A DNA stretch of 55,442 nt, taken from the IMG/VR virus record IMGVR_UViG_3300031566_000041, positions 1-55,442 of that record. The stretch is one strand, 5' to 3'. The notes under the pieces are model-generated. The model saw nothing but the letters and a program-made list of their open reading frames with translations. It was not told the DNA's origin and searched no databases. Within the stretch, counting starts at the first letter, position 1; each line of letters begins with the position of its first letter. This stretch comes from a virus (taxonomy: Duplodnaviria; Caudoviricetes). Made by a program: the position numbers and the translations under genes. This document shows, piece by piece, positions 53,785 through 55,442 of this stretch.

Positions 53785-54378
53785 ATGGCGATCCATCTCT
53801 ATGAAGACAGCGAACTCACCATGCAGGTGTCCGAGGGGGACTTCTCCAATCCGGACGATGACTCTTACAACGGCACCAACGGCGAGACCAAGGATAAGGA
53901 GCTTTTCCTTGCCAACGAGCAGACCACCCTGGTTGCGCTGCTGCCGTCCGGCGCGGTCACGGTCCAACTGGCCGCTCCGCGCTTTGCGAACGATGAACTC
54001 ATCGTGATCGACGGCGAGCAAATGCTGATCGTGAATGGCGGCGGCACGGTACTCCTCTCCGTCCAGCGCGGTTATGGCGGCACCACCCCGGCGGTCCACA
54101 ACGCAGGAGCAGTTGTCTACTCGGGCTACAACTACACCGGACTCATCATCGAGCCGGTTGACGTATCCGGCTCCGACGAATCCGACTGGTACACCCTGGC
54201 CGCGACCCAGGCCGGACTGGATGCGGCTGTTCCCGGCGCGGCGCTCACCATAGGGAACAAGTCATACGAGCAAACCCTTTCCTTCTGGCGGCGCTGCGTG
54301 GTGCCCGCGAGCACGCCCGTTCAGAACAAGACCGACCTCAAGCTCCGGATTACCGGAACCGAAAGCCCCATCGAGTGA
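53785..54378 (+). CDS. Hypothetical virion structural protein
   Basis: IDGEQM..V.RG..GT..A.H..GA.V motif seen in tail-associated proteins; AGGAGG RBS. Confidence 0.6.
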   Translation: MAIHLYEDSELTMQVSEGDFSNPDDDSYNGTNGETKDKELFLANEQTTLVALLPSGAVTVQLAAPRFANDELIVIDGEQMLIVNGGGTVLLSVQRGYGGTTPAVHNAGAVVYSGYNYTGLIIEPVDVSGSDESDWYTLAATQAGLDAAVPGAALTIGNKSYEQTLSFWRRCVVPASTPVQNKTDLKLRITGTESPIE

Positions 54379-54386
54379 GGTGAATC

Positions 54387-55373
54387 ATGGCCTATCAAAG
54401 CACAACCGGTCTCGCCAATAATTCAGCGGATTTCCTGGTCAAGTTGAAGGACTACCTGGTCGGCACGGTCGGCTGGACCTTGCGCGATGACCGGTCCGGC
54501 GACACCGAACCCAGCTATGTCCTTTTCTCCAACGGCGAGAGTGGTTCCGAGGACATCTATCTTCGCTTCCAGAACGACTCCACCGCCGACCGGATCGCCG
54601 TGAAAGCCTACCTGTACTGGAATGACACAACCCACGTAGGCGTGAAGGAAGCATTTAACACCAGCAACACCTACATCAAGACCACAGACGCCGCCTCTTT
54701 CCTCTACTGGATTTACGCGGACAAGGACCACGCCTTCATCGTCACCAAGCTCGTGGCCACTTACTACGCGCATTATTGCGGACTGCCCAAACGGTTCTGG
54801 TCGGGCGCGGTTGCGATTTCGCAGGCCGCGGTCGCCGCCGGCGCGGTCGTGACGATCCTGGTTAACGACGCCTCGATCTTGAAACTCGGCGGCTACTACG
54901 TGATCAAGGACAACGCCAACATCGAGCGCGTGCAGGTTACAGCCATTGACCTTGTCTCGACTCCCAACACCATCACTGTCGTGAACCTGGTTAATGCCTA
55001 TGCATCGGGCGCGAAGATCGGTGAAGACCCTCAGCCGGTCATCATCGGCCACTACCAGTCGCCGGGGACTTTCTATTCGGCAAACAAGTTTGACGGCTGG
55101 GCCAGCGCGACCGGGCAGACCGGCTCCTGCGCGGCCGCAAGCGCCGGCTTCCAGACATCGTGTAACCCCGATGTGAGGCAGGGTCTCATCACCATCTTCC
55201 CCTGGCTCGTGGCCCACACCACCGCGGCCTACAAGGAAGTGCGCGGTGAGTTGATCGAGGTCTATGCCCACGGCGGCGGTGTCATGGACAACGAGGACGT
55301 GCTCGAGTTGGGCGGCGCGACCTATAAGCTCTTCAACCTCTCCGGCTCGGGCTGGATCGCGGTGAAGGAGTAG
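54387..55373 (+). CDS. Putative tail fibre/virion structural protein
   Basis: Thr/Ser/Ala-rich beta protein, L...L..FL...GWT start; position after the baseplate genes. Confidence 0.55.
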   Translation: MAYQSTTGLANNSADFLVKLKDYLVGTVGWTLRDDRSGDTEPSYVLFSNGESGSEDIYLRFQNDSTADRIAVKAYLYWNDTTHVGVKEAFNTSNTYIKTTDAASFLYWIYADKDHAFIVTKLVATYYAHYCGLPKRFWSGAVAISQAAVAAGAVVTILVNDASILKLGGYYVIKDNANIERVQVTAIDLVSTPNTITVVNLVNAYASGAKIGEDPQPVIIGHYQSPGTFYSANKFDGWASATGQTGSCAAASAGFQTSCNPDVRQGLITIFPWLVAHTTAAYKEVRGELIEVYAHGGGVMDNEDVLELGGATYKLFNLSGSGWIAVKE

Positions 55374-55375
55374 CC

Positions 55376-55442
55376 GTGGCCACTCGCAAAGGGAACCAAC
55401 AGCTGGTCGCAATCGAGGCGGGGAAGCTGATCCTCACCGGCC
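55376..55442 (+). CDS. 5' fragment of the next tail gene (truncated by window edge)
   Basis: GTG 55376 behind AAGGAG; open to the window end. Confidence 0.5.
   Translation, partial: MATRKGNQQLVAIEAGKLILTG

Larger units (their letters stand above)
350..55442. mobile_element. Temperate myovirus prophage (left end approximate; continues past right edge)
   Basis: Integrase, replication, terminase, portal, protease, capsid, sheath, tube, tape measure and baseplate genes in conventional order with no obvious disruptions. Confidence 0.95.

Noticed and set aside
676-55412. Many long antisense or alternative-frame ORFs (e.g. 676-1671, 11439-12854, 14384-16225, 18897-20411, 23639-25048, 46075-48021)
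   Set aside because: Shadows of real genes in high-GC DNA, with no motifs or RBS, fully overlapping well-supported CDSs.
36746-55442. Stand-alone eCIS/tailocin or T6SS locus
   Set aside because: Contiguous with terminase, portal, capsid and a long tape measure; no Afp15 ATPase or T6SS membrane complex seen.

Overview
Almost the whole window (~350-55442, running off the right edge) is an apparently intact GC-rich temperate myovirus prophage. It sits next to the 3' end of a class IIC group II intron (1-124). Gene order: leftward DUF2924/large serine recombinase module; a two-gene QatB-like + QueC/QatC-like-regulator module where a CI repressor would be expected; an ECF-like sigma factor; recombination/replication genes (Cas4-like exonuclease, AAA_24 ATPase, DUF669 SSB, ERCC4 nuclease, RecD2-like helicase, P4-alpha-like primase-helicase) followed by an iteron origin; packaging genes split by an inverted Xer-type recombinase cassette; head genes; and an eCIS-like contractile tail with lysis genes embedded. 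The most unusual items are: (1) a 1300-aa protein fusing two N6-adenine DNA methyltransferase domains to the prohead protease/scaffold; (2) a 1528-aa MuF minor head protein carrying DNA-binding-like repeats, a HipA/PI3K-like kinase and a probable ADP-ribosyltransferase-like domain, followed by two candidate immunity genes; (3) a QueC/QatC-like enzyme fused to a putative DNA-binding domain, paired with an N-terminal-Gly partner and followed by tandem operators; (4) a readable regulatory code of seven CCG(A/G)CA-N16-GGTA(T/A) promoters, a second 26-bp palindrome family, and an RBS-sequestering leader on the sigma gene. All family assignments come from motif recognition by eye; no database search was run.
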